Source of the DNA: Hypanus sabinus
Lineage: Eukaryota
Assembly (NCBI RefSeq): GCF_030144855.1
Contig: NC_082718.1
Coordinates: forward strand, 88,722,001-88,786,000
DNA length: 64,000 nt
Direction of reading: 5' to 3'
The number at the start of each line of letters is the position of its first letter. Positions within the stretch are counted from its first letter, which is position 1. The notes under the pieces were generated by a model. The model saw only the letters and a list, made by a program, of their open reading frames with translations. It made no database searches and had not been told where the DNA came from. Shown one piece after another: positions 35,420 through 49,650 of this stretch. A program made the position numbers and the translations under genes.

Positions 35420-36820
35420 GTGGCTGGATGCTGGGGGACTGTGCAGCCCAGTTAATTGATGTTCTGAAAGACATCGGTATCCCTCTGGAACAGTCTGCTG
35501 TCCCCTCAGGCTTCAAGGTGATCGTCATTCTGGTGCCCATGGCCACAGTAACCTGCCTCAATGGCTACCATCCAGTGGCACTGACCTCAACAATAATGAA
35601 GTGCAATGAGCAGCTGTTCATGGATTGCATTAAAACCCACTTTGCTGCTACATTAGGACATTTCCAGTTCATTTATCACTCAAATCAGTTTATGATGATA
35701 CCATAGTCTCGGCACACCGCTGTCCTGTCCCACCTGGGGAAATGTTGCCTCATCTAGCAGGATGCTGTTATACCTAAGTGTTTAATATGATCATCCCTCA
35801 GAAGCTGGTGGGTAATCTGCCCTCCTTTGGTCTCAACACAAACGGATCCTAGACTATTTGACAGCAAGGATACATTCTGTGTTGGCAGAAACCTCTCTAG
35901 CTCCAGCGCTCCCCAAGGCTGCATGCTCAGCCTGGTGCAGTTCACACTGTTGATGCATAAAATTGCATTGCTAGATCCAGTTCAAATTGAATCGATGTTT
36001 GCTGATGGCACAACAATGATGAGATGGTGTACAGCAGCTGGTAGAATGGTGAAATCACAATCTGAGTCTCAGCATAGACCAGACGAAAGAGATAAATGTG
36101 GACTTTAGGAAGGTGCAAACTGACCACTCCTCACTGCACATATACGGCTCCTCCTTGAAGAGAGTTAACGCCAAGTTTCTGGGAGTGCACATAACTGATT
36201 ATCTCACCTGGTCCCTCAATGCTACCTCTTCGGTCAAGAAAGCACAGCAGCAGCATCTCCACTTTCTGAGGTGATTAAGGTGAGTCCGGCTCTTCTCCCC
36301 ACCCCATTTTAACCCAATTCTTACAGGAGCATCATCGAGAGTGTCCTGAGCAGCTGCATCACTATCTGGTATGGGAATTGCAAGGCTCTGACTAAGTCCC
36401 AACAAAGGATGAGGACTGCTAAGGAGATCATCGGGGTCTTTTTTCCACCCATTAGAGATATTTATCAGGAGTCCTACGTATATAGGGCCCTTAGCATTGT
36501 CAATGTTCCCTTCCATCTGTCCAATAATCTCTTTGACCACCCACCACCATCAGGTATTGAGGTACTATAGCATTAAGTCAAGAACAGTTAGGTGGGAAAC
36601 ATGGAATGGGGAAGCTTATTGAACTCCCTGCCACCACCCAGGTCTCATCACGAATGAAACGCCAGTAGTGTCAGATGATTTTGTTTTTCAACTTGTATAT
36701 ACACTTTATTAGTTAATATTACTTTGTGTTGTGTGTGAGTTATATGTATTGAGTGTGCATGTTGGTCCGGGGGTGGTATATGTGTGTACAGTTGAATAAC
36801 AATAAACTGAACTTGAACTT
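35420..36820 (+). mobile_element. Rex1/Babar-type LINE fragment
   Basis: TCLNGYHPVALTSTIMKC, APQGCMLS, MFADGTT; aataaactgaacttgaact tail. Confidence 0.85.
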
Positions 36821-37449
36821 CATTTACACAGCTGCACATTAGATGTCAAAACCTATCATTTGTTTCAAGATACAATACATTCAATGAAAATAGTTATATT
36901 GTGGCTTATATCAATAATTCCTATAATAACCACATACCCTCTGACTATTGCTCTCTACTCCCTAATGGGCTGCACCTACTGTTAAAAATAAAGCTGGTTC
37001 ACAGATACTGCCTAGTTTTTCCAAACCCACACACTTAGTATGTCACAAGTTCAAAAAAAGATAGTATAATTGCTAATGTACTTTATTGTATGTACTGTAT
37101 TTAATAGTTTATTTAGGTATTAATAATTATTACTATTTTAGGTGTGGGTATTAAAATGGATTTATTTAGGTTAAAATTATTGTTTATTGAATGTACTAGT
37201 CACAAGCATTTCTGGAATGTCTCTCCTGTGATGAATTTAACCCAAAATGAATATTTAAAGAAAAAAAATTAAATGGATAGGAAGAAATAGGATGAAGTGA
37301 ATAACTTGAGGTAAAGTAGGTCAAACAGCTGGCCCCTTATGAAATTTGAGAGCCTTTCCTTGGGCCTTGTTCTGTAATAGCCTCTTCAGATCAAGTGACA
37401 CACCTTCAACAAGCCAAGGTCATAACCAGCATTGTCTCAGTCATACTGG

Positions 37450-38640
37450 AATTTGTTTATTATTGTCACGTGTACTGAGGTACAATGAAAAGCTTGTCTT
37501 GTGTACAGATCAGTACACAGTACATGGCAAAACAGTACAAGGCAGTACAGCAGCTACAGAGAAAGAGTAGTGCAGTTGCAAGATCATAACGAGGTAGCAA
37601 TACACACAAAATGCCGGAGGTACTCTGCAGGCCAAGCATCTATTGGAAAAGAGTAAACAATCATTTACGAGCATAACGAGGTAGATTGTGAGGTTAAGAG
37701 TCCATTTTATTGTACCAGGTAGCCATTCAACGATGTTTTAACATTAGAAGTTGTCCTCGAGCCTGGTGGAATATGCTTTTAGGTTTTTGTCTCCTGCCCA
37801 AATGGAGAGGGGAGAAGAGAGAATGTCAGCAATGGGTGGCGTCTTTACTGAAGCAGCATGTTGTATAGACAGAGTCCATCGAGGGGTGGCTGGTTTCCAT
37901 GATGTTCTGAGCTCTGTCCATGACTCTAAAATTTCTTGTGGTGATTGGCAGAACAGTTGCCATAACAAGCTGTGATACAGCCAGATAGGACACCTTTTAT
38001 GGTGCATCAGTATAAATTGGTAAGAGTTGACAGAGACATGCCAAATTTCTTCAGCCTTTTGATGAAGTAGAGATGATGTTGAGCTTTCTTTCTCAGCTGT
38101 GGCACCAACAGGACACACTACTGTATTGATGTTCACTCCTAGAAGCTCTCAATATCAGCATCATTGGTGAAAGCAGAAGCACATGTTTTGCCTCCTTCCT
38201 CAAGTCAATGACCAGGTATTGACATTGTAAGAAAGGCTGTCATGACATATTACCAAGCTCTCTATCTCCTTCCTGTAGTCCAACTTACTTGAGATACAGC
38301 CAATTGGTGGTAACATATACAAAGTTGTTTTACGTGGAGTTACAGCAGAATCTGGCCACACAGATATGAGTGGATGGAGCTGAAGCAGTTGTGGGCTGCC
38401 AGTGTTGAGAATAATCTTTGTGAAGGTGTTGCTGCTGCCTATCCTACTTGACTACAGTCTGTTGGTCAAGAAGTTGAGGATTGGATCCCAGGTGTTGACT
38501 TTGGTGATAATTTTGATTGTAATGAAGGTGGAGCTGTGATCAATAAATGAGAGTCTAATATAGATTCACTGTCCAGATGCTCCAGAGATGAGTGCAGGGC
38601 CAGAGAGATGGCATTTACTGTAGAATTGTTCTGGCATTAG
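37450..38640 (-). mobile_element. Rex1/Babar-type LINE fragment
   Basis: Decayed RT C-terminal and 3' remnants (ORF 37744-38136) resembling the other Rex-like copies. Confidence 0.65.
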
Positions 38641-41600
38641 AATGTTCTAAACTCACTGGGGAGGGATGTGCTGTTGACTGCAATGCTGGCCAACTTAGTT
38701 TGGTAGCGCATTACTGTATAGGATGTAAGCCCTGCTACAACTGGGACTCAATTTTGGATTAGTATTATCTCTAGGTATCTCTGACAGCTTTATGGAGGTC
38801 ATATCTCAATTTCTTGTGAAGGCAAATTCAGCTGTTTTGCATATTGGATTTTATGGAATAAGTTGTGAGCTATCTCCCCAGCAGCCCCGAGAACCTTGCC
38901 ACCTTCAAATCCAGCTCTGATCTAGTAATTGTACCCAGCTGATTGAAATCTGGGGATTGGGGAGGGTGGGGTCAAGAACAGAGCACTGAAAGCAATCATA
39001 AGGCCAGGCAGCACTAATAGGCAACATTTCAGGACAAGGACCCTTCATTATGACTGGGACATGAGAGGAGCTGGAGTGATTGGGGAAATGCCACAGGTAT
39101 AGAGACAAAATTTGTCAAGATTACAAATACTTTAAAAAGCCACAGTTGGAGATAGAAAAAAGAAACACACTTTGAAAAGAAAGTTACAACTACAGCAGGG
39201 AGAGAAAGAAAATGCGTGTTCAAACTGTACACAGTCAGCGAAGTGACATGTATCCCCTCACTTTATTGACATGTATTGGATAGAGAAGAAATGTTTTCAA
39301 GTGGCCGAGTTTTGCTTCAATTTGGAATAATTATGATTTGTGAGAAAATTATGTAAAAGGAGATAGGCTTTATCACTTTGCTATGAGGTAAGAGTTCAAA
39401 GTAAATTTATTAAAGTGCATATCACCATATACAACAGATTCATTTTATTTTGGGCATATTCAATAGATCCATAATAGAATAATCTGCAATTACATCCTGT
39501 GCAAAACCACTAAATACAGTAGCTTTGACATTTGATACATTGTGGTTAAATTGTATGTGCTAAAGACACCCATACATCAAGTCAAGTCACTTATTGTCAT
39601 TTTGACTATAACTGCTGGTACAGTACATAGTAAAAATGAAATGATGTTTTTTCAGGACCATGGTGTTACGTGACACAGTACAAAAACTAGACCGAACTAC
39701 ATAAAAAACAACGGAAAAAACTACACTAGTTTTTTAATGCATTAGAATCAAAAAATATGCACAAAAGTTTGGAATTACATTGTGTAACAGTACAATGTAC
39801 AATCAGCTGCTAAATACTGTGAGAATACAAGCACCTTAAATGTGATGATGAATTATTTTCTTTTTTACTTTTTTATATAATATTTTTATAATGAGTTCAT
39901 GCTGGTTTTTTTACAAGCACATTTCATTTTTCCCCAATATGGTTGCTAGGTTTTACAGTGTTGAAGTTAAGAGAGATTCTTAGAACACCATCAAACTAGG
40001 CGTATAATATGAATTGCTGATGGACAGGATTGGTTTCATTGAAGAGACAGCTGTATAACATTCCTGCACATACAAGTTTAAAAAAATAGATAAACTCTGG
40101 TGTCTGGCAAAGGGAGAGAAACAAAAAAATTTAAAAAAAGGTTTCCATTGTTTTCCCTGTGTTTTTTTTAAAACTTTGAGGCAGGAAATGGATGTTTGCA
40201 TTGTTAGCACTGGATAAGAAAACAGACAGTGGATTCTTGATGCCAATTAAGCATTTTCTTCCTTTCCTGAAATAGACCAGACTTCTGCAATAGATCTTTA
40301 TGTCTGTTATTAATGGAATGTACTGTAGGAGGAGCTAAAAATCTGACTAAAACCAAAATATACATTGTCACACTTCATTATTTCAGATTCACATCAATTA
40401 TTAAACTAAAGAATAATTTATTAATGAAATTACTCTATACAACCTCAAGCAATATTTTGAGATGCTTCAGTGAAATTGCTTTATTCCGGGCACTTGGCTT
40501 TCTCTTCATTAACAACCTTGCCCTCATACATAAAAACATATTTGCTGATAACACCGTGCTCTACCTCTCTGCAAATCACTTGATCCAACAATCACTTTTA
40601 TTCTGGTGGTGTCCATTTTATAATAAACTATTGTGAAATCAAAATCATCTCTAAGTTTTGCAAAGCCTAAACCTGTTAGTGTTGGATTACATGAATGTTC
40701 CCTGTCACTGACAAACTTGCTATCTGTTCATCCTTCCACCTTTTCTATATTGCCCACCTCCACTATTTTTTACACCTCATTCACACATAAATTTTACACT
40801 CAATTCTTCATTAATTTCTACATTGGTATTCCAATATTCTACAAGTTCCCAATTTCTCCCAAGCTCTATATTCTGCCCTTAATGAATCAAAATTGCTCAT
40901 TACCCTGTTTTTCACAGACTTGAGATGCTACACAAAGTTAGAATCTTCACATCAAACACAACCTTCATTGATTCAATGTCGGCAGATCCAACTGATGCAT
41001 AAAAGAAGCAATTTATCTTGATGTGAGTTTACACAAATCTATATCTGAAAACCATGCGATTTTGGTTCAACAAAGGAAAAATCAAATGAAATGGACTGTA
41101 AAAACATCCTTCTGATGATTTAGTTCATTTCATTATTTCAAACAAACTAGTCTGAGTGTCTCTCAATAGATCATTCATTTAGCAACTGATTTTGTATATT
41201 CCTGTACTGAAATACTTTCTGAAGAAGGGCCTCAGCCCGAATATCAACTATTTAATCATTTCCATAGATGCTGCCTGACCTGCTGAGTTCCTCTAGCACC
41301 ATATGTGGGTAGCCTTGAATTTCCAGCATCTGCAGACTTTACAGTGTCTCTAATACTTTGCATTGCTTTTTTTTTCTTTTCATAACTATATGCAATGATT
41401 TTAACATTGCCAATAATACTTGATAGAAGCAATTCTTGTCAATTGTTTGATTTTAATTTATTAATAGACTGTTCATAAATATACCACCTGGCTATCTTAT
41501 ATTTTCAAGAATTGCTGGCCTCTCTCCAATGTGCAAAGGGAAATCATTAGAAGAATTATTTCCTGTACAATCCAATTAGTCCTAGTAACTGGCATTGGTT

Positions 41601-42327
41601 TTGAAAATGACACCAACACTTTATCATAAAATATATGGAATGCTATCTGGAAAGCCAACAGTGTATGAAGTAAAGTATAAATGAGTGATTGCATCTAATG
41701 CCACCAATTCACTTATGTAATTCTACTATGATCTAATTGTGCCATTAATCATTCAGTGGGACTATTTTGATGTGCTTCCCACACACATACTATTAGTGTT
41801 CTTGGTGGGAGAAGTCTTGGGTTTGGGAGGTGACAATAGATTTGCTTAAGTATGTAACTGCAATGGATTTTGTGGATGGTACACCCTGAAGTTGCAGTGT
41901 GCCACTGCTAAAGGCAATGTTTGTTTAGGCTGGTGCATGGGATGTCAATCAAGCAGGTTGTTTGATCCTAAATGGCATCCTGTCTTCCTGTTCTCCAACT
42001 CTATAAACTTCACATAAACACCAATTTATTTTTCCCCCTTCTCAAAGTATCTTACCTTACATGTCAAAAGATTCAAACTTTAAATTTTTAATTTCATTTG
42101 TGATCTCATCTCTGCCAGTGAACTCTCTCTCAAACCCATGAAACTTCCTGACATTAGCCTCTTTTGTATCCATTGCTCTTATCCCATTCAAATTAGCAAA
42201 TCTCTCACATTCCGATCACTGGAATATCCTATGTAGATGCTCATCCTTCTCCATTTCCTTCTCTCCTCTGAGTAAAACTTCCTCAATGCATATTTCGCTA
42301 ACCAAGCTTTTAATCATCCATCAAATA

Positions 42328-43438
42328 CAGTGGATTCTGGCTAACTGGGACACATTGAGACCAATACATTTTCGCCCAAATAAGCGGCTGCACCAATAAG
42401 CCAAAGTCTCATGGAAATAGTTAAAAAGGTTTTAAAAAAAGACAAACAACTGTTTAATTGAGTAACAAATTATCTATTTAAATGAAATACAAAATAAATT
42501 AGAACACTACCAAAACTACTACAGTACTATTGAACTGTTTATTAGTTCCTTAATGGTAATTGACGGAAGAATGTGGTGTATGCTGCCATGTTCTTTTGAT
42601 TGTCTGTAAATGATCAAAATCAGAGCAGGCACCTAATCCAGTAATGGACTGCCTTCGAACACAGCTATCAATGATTAAAATCTCCAAATTTTCATTTGCA
42701 TTGTATTGTAACATTCAAGATGATTGTTGATACCTTCAAATTCTTCATAGTTTCTAACCATGTTGAGGTAGTGAAACTGTTTCATTTTCACTCCTGGCCA
42801 TTTCTGGCATCTCCAAGCCTGAATACTTGAAGCCACAGTGAGCAAACCAGTTCTGAACCATTTTACTGTTCATTACACACCAACTATCAGTGACAAAAAT
42901 CATTGCTTTTTGAACACACACAAGTGGCGCTATTTAAAAATCGTTCGCTCTAAGCTTGATTCAGTCTTTAATGGCCACACGATGTACATGCCAGTTAGAA
43001 ACTATGTAGCAAGAATCTCCTGTCCCAATTAAGTGGCACAATGTCCCAAATTAATGAAGGGAATCCCGGGTATTTTCTCGATTTGTTTTTGTTCTTTAAG
43101 AGTAGCAGTTACTACTACTACTACCCCAAGGATGCTATTACACCTTGGGGTGTCAGAGTTATGAGTTCAATACCAGCAAGAAGTCTCTGCACATCCTCCC
43201 TGTGAAATGTCTGGTGCTCCAGTTTCCTCCCACAGTTCAAAGACATAGTGGGTAGGTTAACTGGTCATTGTAAATTATCCTGTGATTAGGTTAAGGTTAA
43301 GTTGGGGGGTTTTGATGTGGCACAGTTCAAAGGGCTGGAAGGGCCTGTTCCACGTCGTATCTCTAAATAGATAAAGTGTTGTCACAAATAAGCAGCTGTC
43401 CCAATTAACTAATGGACCCATTAAACTGGAATCCACTG
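42328..43438. mobile_element. Tigger/pogo-like non-autonomous DNA transposon with an inserted SINE (about 43100-43375)
   Basis: TA-CAGTGGATTC...GAATCCACTG-TA. Confidence 0.85.
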
Positions 43439-45169
43439 TATGTCCTTTTCTGACTCAGTGCATTATAACAATATTTACATGAAAGATAATGTAGGTGTTA
43501 CTCTACTTCCAATTGACATCTATAGTTTTCTGTTGTTGGGACCATAAATTGTAAAATAAATCATAGTCAGGTATAAGTGATTTTCTGAAAATTTTGAATG
43601 TCTTTAAAATAGGCACTGGACCCACCAGAGCAATTTGCATTCCACGCAACATGAAAATTGTGCTAAATTGTTGCAGAGGTAAGCTTTATCATGTGAAATA
43701 CATCTACCAATAGCTACATTGTTTTGCTTCACTGATAAACTGTTACATTTTGAAACTTAGTAAGGTTACTTTGACAGCACCACTCTCCAACCAGGAAAAA
43801 CAAAAAGCAGTACAAATGGAACACCATTCTATTTCCATTGTCAGTCACACACGGCGTTGTAGAGCAGTGGCCCATCAAGTCCATGGCTACTATTATATAT
43901 CTAACTATTATATAAGCAACACACACAAAATGCTGGAGGAACTCAGCAGGCCAGGCAGCATCTATGGAAAAGGGTAAATATTTAACACTTCGAGCCGAAG
44001 ACCCTGAGTTCCTCTAGTGTTGTGTTGCTTGGATTTCCAGCATCTGCAGATTTTCTTGTCTTTTAACTATTATCTATACTAGTTATATTTTATTCTCCCT
44101 CCATTCTCATCAACTTCACTCCTCCCCACCACAGCTGCAAAATCTACATTTTACATTGGCCAATTAACTTACCAACCCAGGTCTTCGGGATGTTGTAGGA
44201 AAGCAAAGCTATCACAGGGAAAACATACAATCTCCACACAGACAGCACTGGAAGTCAGCTGTGAACGTGAGTTACTGGTGTCTACCAACTACACTACTAT
44301 GATTGTATATTTATCACAGTCCTACAGTGTCACACAGCTAATTTTCAGAGATTCTTGACCCTACAGCAGGCCAGAAGGACTGGATGAATTCAACAAGATC
44401 TTCTCAAACCAACTAGAATAGACAATAAATGTGCCTTTGCTTATGCCAAGAATAGACAAAGAGTACAATAATACCCAAGTTAATCTCTGCATTACTTATG
44501 TCATTAATTATCAGCTTCTCAGTGATAATAACTTCAGCAGCTATACGAAGAGCATGTCTTATGTGTCATTAATATCTACTCACATGAAATCAATTACATT
44601 AAAATAATTTTAAGTTTTCCTCTAACACACAGTATATTGTGTTTATATTAGATGTGTGGCTAAGGGTGACTTCATAGGAATTGCCCTAATTACTACTTTC
44701 ATATCTCAAAGAAAAAAAACAATGAAGAGGACTGAAGAACAAATTTAGGTCTGAAGATACACTGTGGGATGTAGTGGTGTTGGTGCAAATTTGGATCTCC
44801 TGTGTTGATTTGCCATTCCCAAAGTTTTCCCAGTGACTGTGTTGAAAACTGCTCCTCAGCATTACTATGGTTTCACTTAATATTCAAATCTGAATTCGAA
44901 AAATACTATAAAAATGTAAATGAAGCACAAGAACTATATAGCATCTTCTACTCTCTCTGGATGGCAAAACCCCTCATTAAGGCGAACAAAGTATTTGTCA
45001 TATGCTGTCAATGTTATAATGAAAAGGAAAACAAATGTTAATTTTATGCAGAGGTCCCACATAGTGGCAGTGAGATAAATGATCAGATAATTTGCTTGTT
45101 GGGGAACAAATACTAGTCAGGATATGAGGAAAAAGGACTGAAGCTAACTGAATTGCTTCAAAAATCTAG

Positions 45170-45740
45170 AACAGTCTTCAATGAGGTGTTAGCAGTGGGA
45201 AGGGTGAGCAGCTTCAAGTTCCTGGACATCAGCATCTCAGAGGATCTGTCTTGGGCCCAGGATATTGATGTAGTCACTAAGAATGCACACCAGAATCACT
45301 ACCTTGTTAGGAGTTTGAGGAGATTCAGTTTACCACAAATTTCTAGACATATGGTTGCATAACAGCCAGATATGGAGGCTTCAATGCACAGACAGCAGTA
45401 GACTGTGGGGGTTTGTAGACTGAGCCAGCTCCTTCACAGACACAACCTTCCCATCAAGGACATCTTTAAGAGGGCAGGGCCTCAAGGCGGCGGCATCCAT
45501 CATTAAGGACCTCCACCATCTAGAGCTTGCCCTCTTCTTACTACTATCAAGAAGGAGGAATAGGAATCTGAGCACCCACATACACCAATTCAGAAACAGC
45601 TTCATGGACCCACAAACACTAGCTCTTTATTCCTTTTCTTGTAATTTATAGTCATTTTATGACTTCGCACTACACTGCTGCCACAAAACAACAAATGTCA
45701 CATTATATAAATCAGTGATTAAAAAATATCTAATTCTGAT
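45170..45740 (+). mobile_element. Rex1/Babar-type LINE 3' fragment
   Basis: RVSSFKFLDISISEDLSW...LRRF; ctaattctgatt tail. Confidence 0.75.
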
Positions 45741-47170
45741 TTTGGGCAGAATAATCAGTGTAATGTGTTTTTTAAACTTTATTATTTGTTTTTTCCACAG
45801 ATATCTGATTTTCCTATGCAAAGTAATTACTTATCCAAAAGACAATACCTCTGTAAAGTCTAGCTAAATGATCTCCATGGTAGGTTTTGACACCCAGTTT
45901 TATCTTATTTCTCATAACAGCTCTGTTGCTGCTTAGCTCTCAGTAGATGAATTTCCTTGAAGTAAATTCTGAGAAGACAGTTGTCCATTTCTTATCATGA
46001 CCATTTCTTGTCTTTAGTGCCTGCAGTAATTTGCTTGCTACTCTGTCAATGGCACACCTCCAGGGTTGAACCAAACTGCCAGCAGGCTTGGTGTTATCCA
46101 GCCCTCAAGTGTGTCCAACATCAGTACTATCTTCGCCATACTATATTTTTGCTGATCTGTCTTTGCTGATGTTTGTTGAAACCTCTTCCATATCTTTTTT
46201 CTCCTTTTCCTGTGGATTTATTATTGTCACATGTACCAGGGTGCAGTGAAAAGTTCATCGAGGTAAAAAAATACAATGCATAATAAAGTTTCAAAACTAC
46301 AGAGAAGTGCAGTGAGGGTAAACAATGACAGGCAAGATCATAATGATTCACATCGTGAGGTCAAGCATCCATGTTACTGTACAAGTTATACCAAAGGTCT
46401 GTTCAAGAGTCTGATAACAGCCTTTTAAAAGCTGGTTGACACAAACCAGCTTCCTGCTCCACAAACCTGAAATGACACAAAGCTCTGTCATCTTTGATAT
46501 AGTTCACACTCCTGGTAAATTGCACTGATTCCTAGTTAAGTACTACTCAATTTTTAAAATTCTCATCTTTGTTTTCATATATTTTTGTGGTTTTGTCTAT
46601 TTGTAATACTGTAATCCCCTTCAATAAAGCATAGCATGCAATGTTCTTCTGTTTTTGTTTTCAATAGGTTTCAATAGGTGCATTTAATATCAGATTACTG
46701 TATACAATATAAATCCTGAAATTCTTTTTTCTTTACAGATATCCATGAAAACAGAGGAGTGCCACAAAGAATAAATGACAGTTAAATCGTTAGAACCCCT
46801 ATGCCCCCCCAACTCCTCCTCCCATGCATAAACAGCAGCAAGGCAACGGACCCCCCCCCCACCCCCACCAGCAAAAAAAGCATCAGTACCCTCCACCGTG
46901 CATTCAGCGTGCAGCAAAGCATCAATAAAGACTTGCACAACCCCAAAAACTACTCATTCACCTGGTAATTTGAAATACCACAGGGTCTCTCTCTCTCCCT
47001 AATAAGGGAAAAAGAGGTGTCCCTGTTTCACAGTGAAAGGGGAGACATAACAAATAACTCATTGGTATATGATGTTAAAAGTCTACAGCATTGCATTTTC
47101 TGAGCTCTGTGCCTGGAGAGTCAGCAGAAAAAATGCAGAAAAGAGTAGTGCAAAGAGTTCACAGAATAGC

Positions 47171-48636
47171 TAGAGCCCTGAAAAAGTATTCAGCCCTCAC
47201 AACTATTTTCACATTTTACTGTCTCATTTTCAAGATTTCAGCTATATTGTTTTTTCAGCTTAATCTACAAAGCATTGAAAGAAAAATTCCAAAACTTGTC
47301 AACAATTCACTAAAAATTAAAAACTAAGAGGCTGATTCATCCCCTTTGTAATTACTATGCTAACTTTCCTCAGGTGCAATACTGTATAAGGTAATATACC
47401 TTACCCAACTCACCCAATTTGTCGATTGATCGGAGGATCACCTGTTTCCAATGGATTCATAAGAATAATTACCCCCCCCCCCCCCCCCACCGTAAGATCC
47501 ATCAGTATGGCGGATTTTCAACAGACCAAACCAAAATGAAGACAAAAGAGCAATAAGGCAAGTCAGGGAAATAATAATAAAGCACAAATCTGAGGAAAGG
47601 TACAAGACCAATTCAAAGAACTCAGAGCTCAGTGTAGTCAATCATGAAAAAGTGGAAAAAATATGAAACCACAATCACACTGATGAGGTCAGGCCACCCC
47701 TCTAAACTCAGTTGATTGAGAAGAATGGCATTTGTAAGTGAGGCTACTATGATGCTAACAGTCATTATGAGTAAACTGCAGAAGTCAGTGTCTCCACAAT
47801 CTCTAACGCCTTGCACAAAAAGGATATTAATGGAAGTGTGGCAAGGAAGAAGCTCTGGCTAAAACAAAAGCAGATCCTTGCCCATAAAATCTTTGCAAAG
47901 TAACACTTAGAAGATACTGTGAAGATGAGGAAGGTCTTGTGGCCAGATGACACTAAATCGGAACTTTTTGGCCTCAACACTAAGCAGCATATCTGACATA
48001 AATCTAATACTGTGCACATCAACCAGATAACACTGCTCCTGCTGTAAAGTAGGGTGGAGGTAACAACTTGCTCTGGGGATGCTTTCTGACAGCAGGGACT
48101 GAAAATCCGGTTAGCTTTGTTGGGAAGATGAATGCTGTTAAATACGGAGAGATCCTGGAAGCTTGAAATGGGGAGGAAGTTCATCTTTCAGTAGGACAAT
48201 GACCCAAAGCAGTCTATCTGAGCAACCAGCGAGTGGTTTCAAATGAAGAAAATTGACATCCTTGAGGGGACCAATCAAAGTCCTGGGCAGGACCTCAGGA
48301 TTGCTATCCACGGCCACTCCATAACTAACCTGGCACAACTTAAGCAATTTTGCAAGGAGGAATGGGCAAATCTTGCTCCATCACATTGTGCAAAGCAAAA
48401 CCAAACATCCAAAATGACTACAAAGCTGAATGAATACTTTTGAACAGCTGAAATTTCAGTTTTTGTTTTTTTATGTTTTACACTTTTCCCTCTTGTTTGG
48501 GCTCTACTGTGGGGAAAAAAAGCATATGATACACAAATAAAAAATTTCAGTTAAGTGAATCAAAATCCCTGGTTGTCGTTAGTGCTCACTTAGGCGAACA
48601 AAGAGTTGGGGCTGAATACTTTTTTCCAAGGCACTG
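47171..48636 (+). mobile_element. Tc1-like DNA transposon, decayed
   Basis: TIRs (..aaaaagtattcagccc / gggctgaatactttttt..gcactg-TA); transposase remnants WPDDTKSELFG and QxDNDPK. Confidence 0.9.
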
Positions 48637-48999
48637 TATTACGAGTTGCAAGATTCATTCCACTTTAAGTTAAGCAGAAACTATATTCAAGATGCTATGC
48701 TTGGAAATTTCTGGGAAACTGTCAAAAACAAATGGAAAACTCTAAGTTGGTTTAAGGAGCTAATAAAATCACTAAACCACTTGCAGATGCACAGCGTGCG
48801 TTTTATCTCCCAGAGCAATAATTGGTGTCTATTTATTTCTCATCGGCCAGTCAGGATGCTATTTTCTGCCTCAGATCCAGAGGTTTTTTTATTTTATTTC
48901 CCCTCTCTCAATCGCTGAAGTGGAAAAACTTCTTATCTGCTGTTTGTTATTACAATGACATACCCTGGAGCAGTTTTCCCTTTTCTCTCTCTCTGGCAG

Positions 49000-49650
49000 A
49001 TTTCGGGCGGAGCCTGCCGGCGAGACGCGCATGCGCACCTTGCTTTCGGCAGTCGGGCGAGTTGGCAACGGGCGACCCGGGGAAGGAAACTGGAGTCGCG
49101 AATCGGGATCCAGCGTCGTCGGTCGGTCGGCTCAGCTCTTTTCTCCCCCCCTTCGTTAGAGCGAGCGATGCCACGCAAGTCCCGGCAGCAGCGTGACGGG
49201 ACCACGGAACCGGCGAAGGGCGCCGAAAGCGCCTGAAGTCCCTCTCCCGGAGCGGCGGCGCGAGAGGAGGTTTCGGGGGGGGAAAGTTTCCCGGGTGGTC
49301 GCGGGGGCAAAGAGATTGGTTCCGCCCCCCCACCCCCACCTGGCCATGAAGAAGAGCCGGGAGGACGAAATGAACTTGGCGCCGGAGGCGGCAATCAGCT
49401 CGCGGGGCACCACCGAGAGTCTGGCCGACCCCGACTCCGGCCTTCGCGGGGATGTCAGTTCTTTGGGCTCCGACTCCGAGATCAATGGCTTCGTCAACGG
49501 GGACCAGAAGATCGACAAGTACGGCTTCGTGGGCGGCGCGCAGTACACAGACGAGCTGTAAGTAACTCGGCTTCAGCCACCTCCGGCCCGAACTCCGCGG
49601 TCCATCCACTCCCATCCGCAGCCAGCAGCGGTTAAACCTAGCAGCGTTGG
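49000..49650 (+). promoter_or_regulatory. CpG island promoter/5'UTR of TBC1D10A with GC box (49005-49012) and NRF1 palindrome (49026-49037)
   Basis: GGGCGGAG and CGCGCATGCGCA motifs; high CpG density around exon 1. Confidence 0.75.
49346..49557 (+). CDS. TBC1D10A: TBC1 domain family member 10A (EPI64-type Rab-GAP), exon 1
   Basis: MKKSREDE...SSLGSDSEINGF...KIDKYGFVGG matches the TBC1D10 SSLGSDSE / IDK(F/Y)GF N-terminus; gccATG context; phase-2 gtaagt donor; synteny downstream of SF3A1 favours 10A over 10B. Confidence 0.88.

Noticed and set aside
45045-45135. Deu-domain SINE fragment as a conserved enhancer
   Set aside because: Short, highly decayed and interrupted; no support for function from sequence alone.
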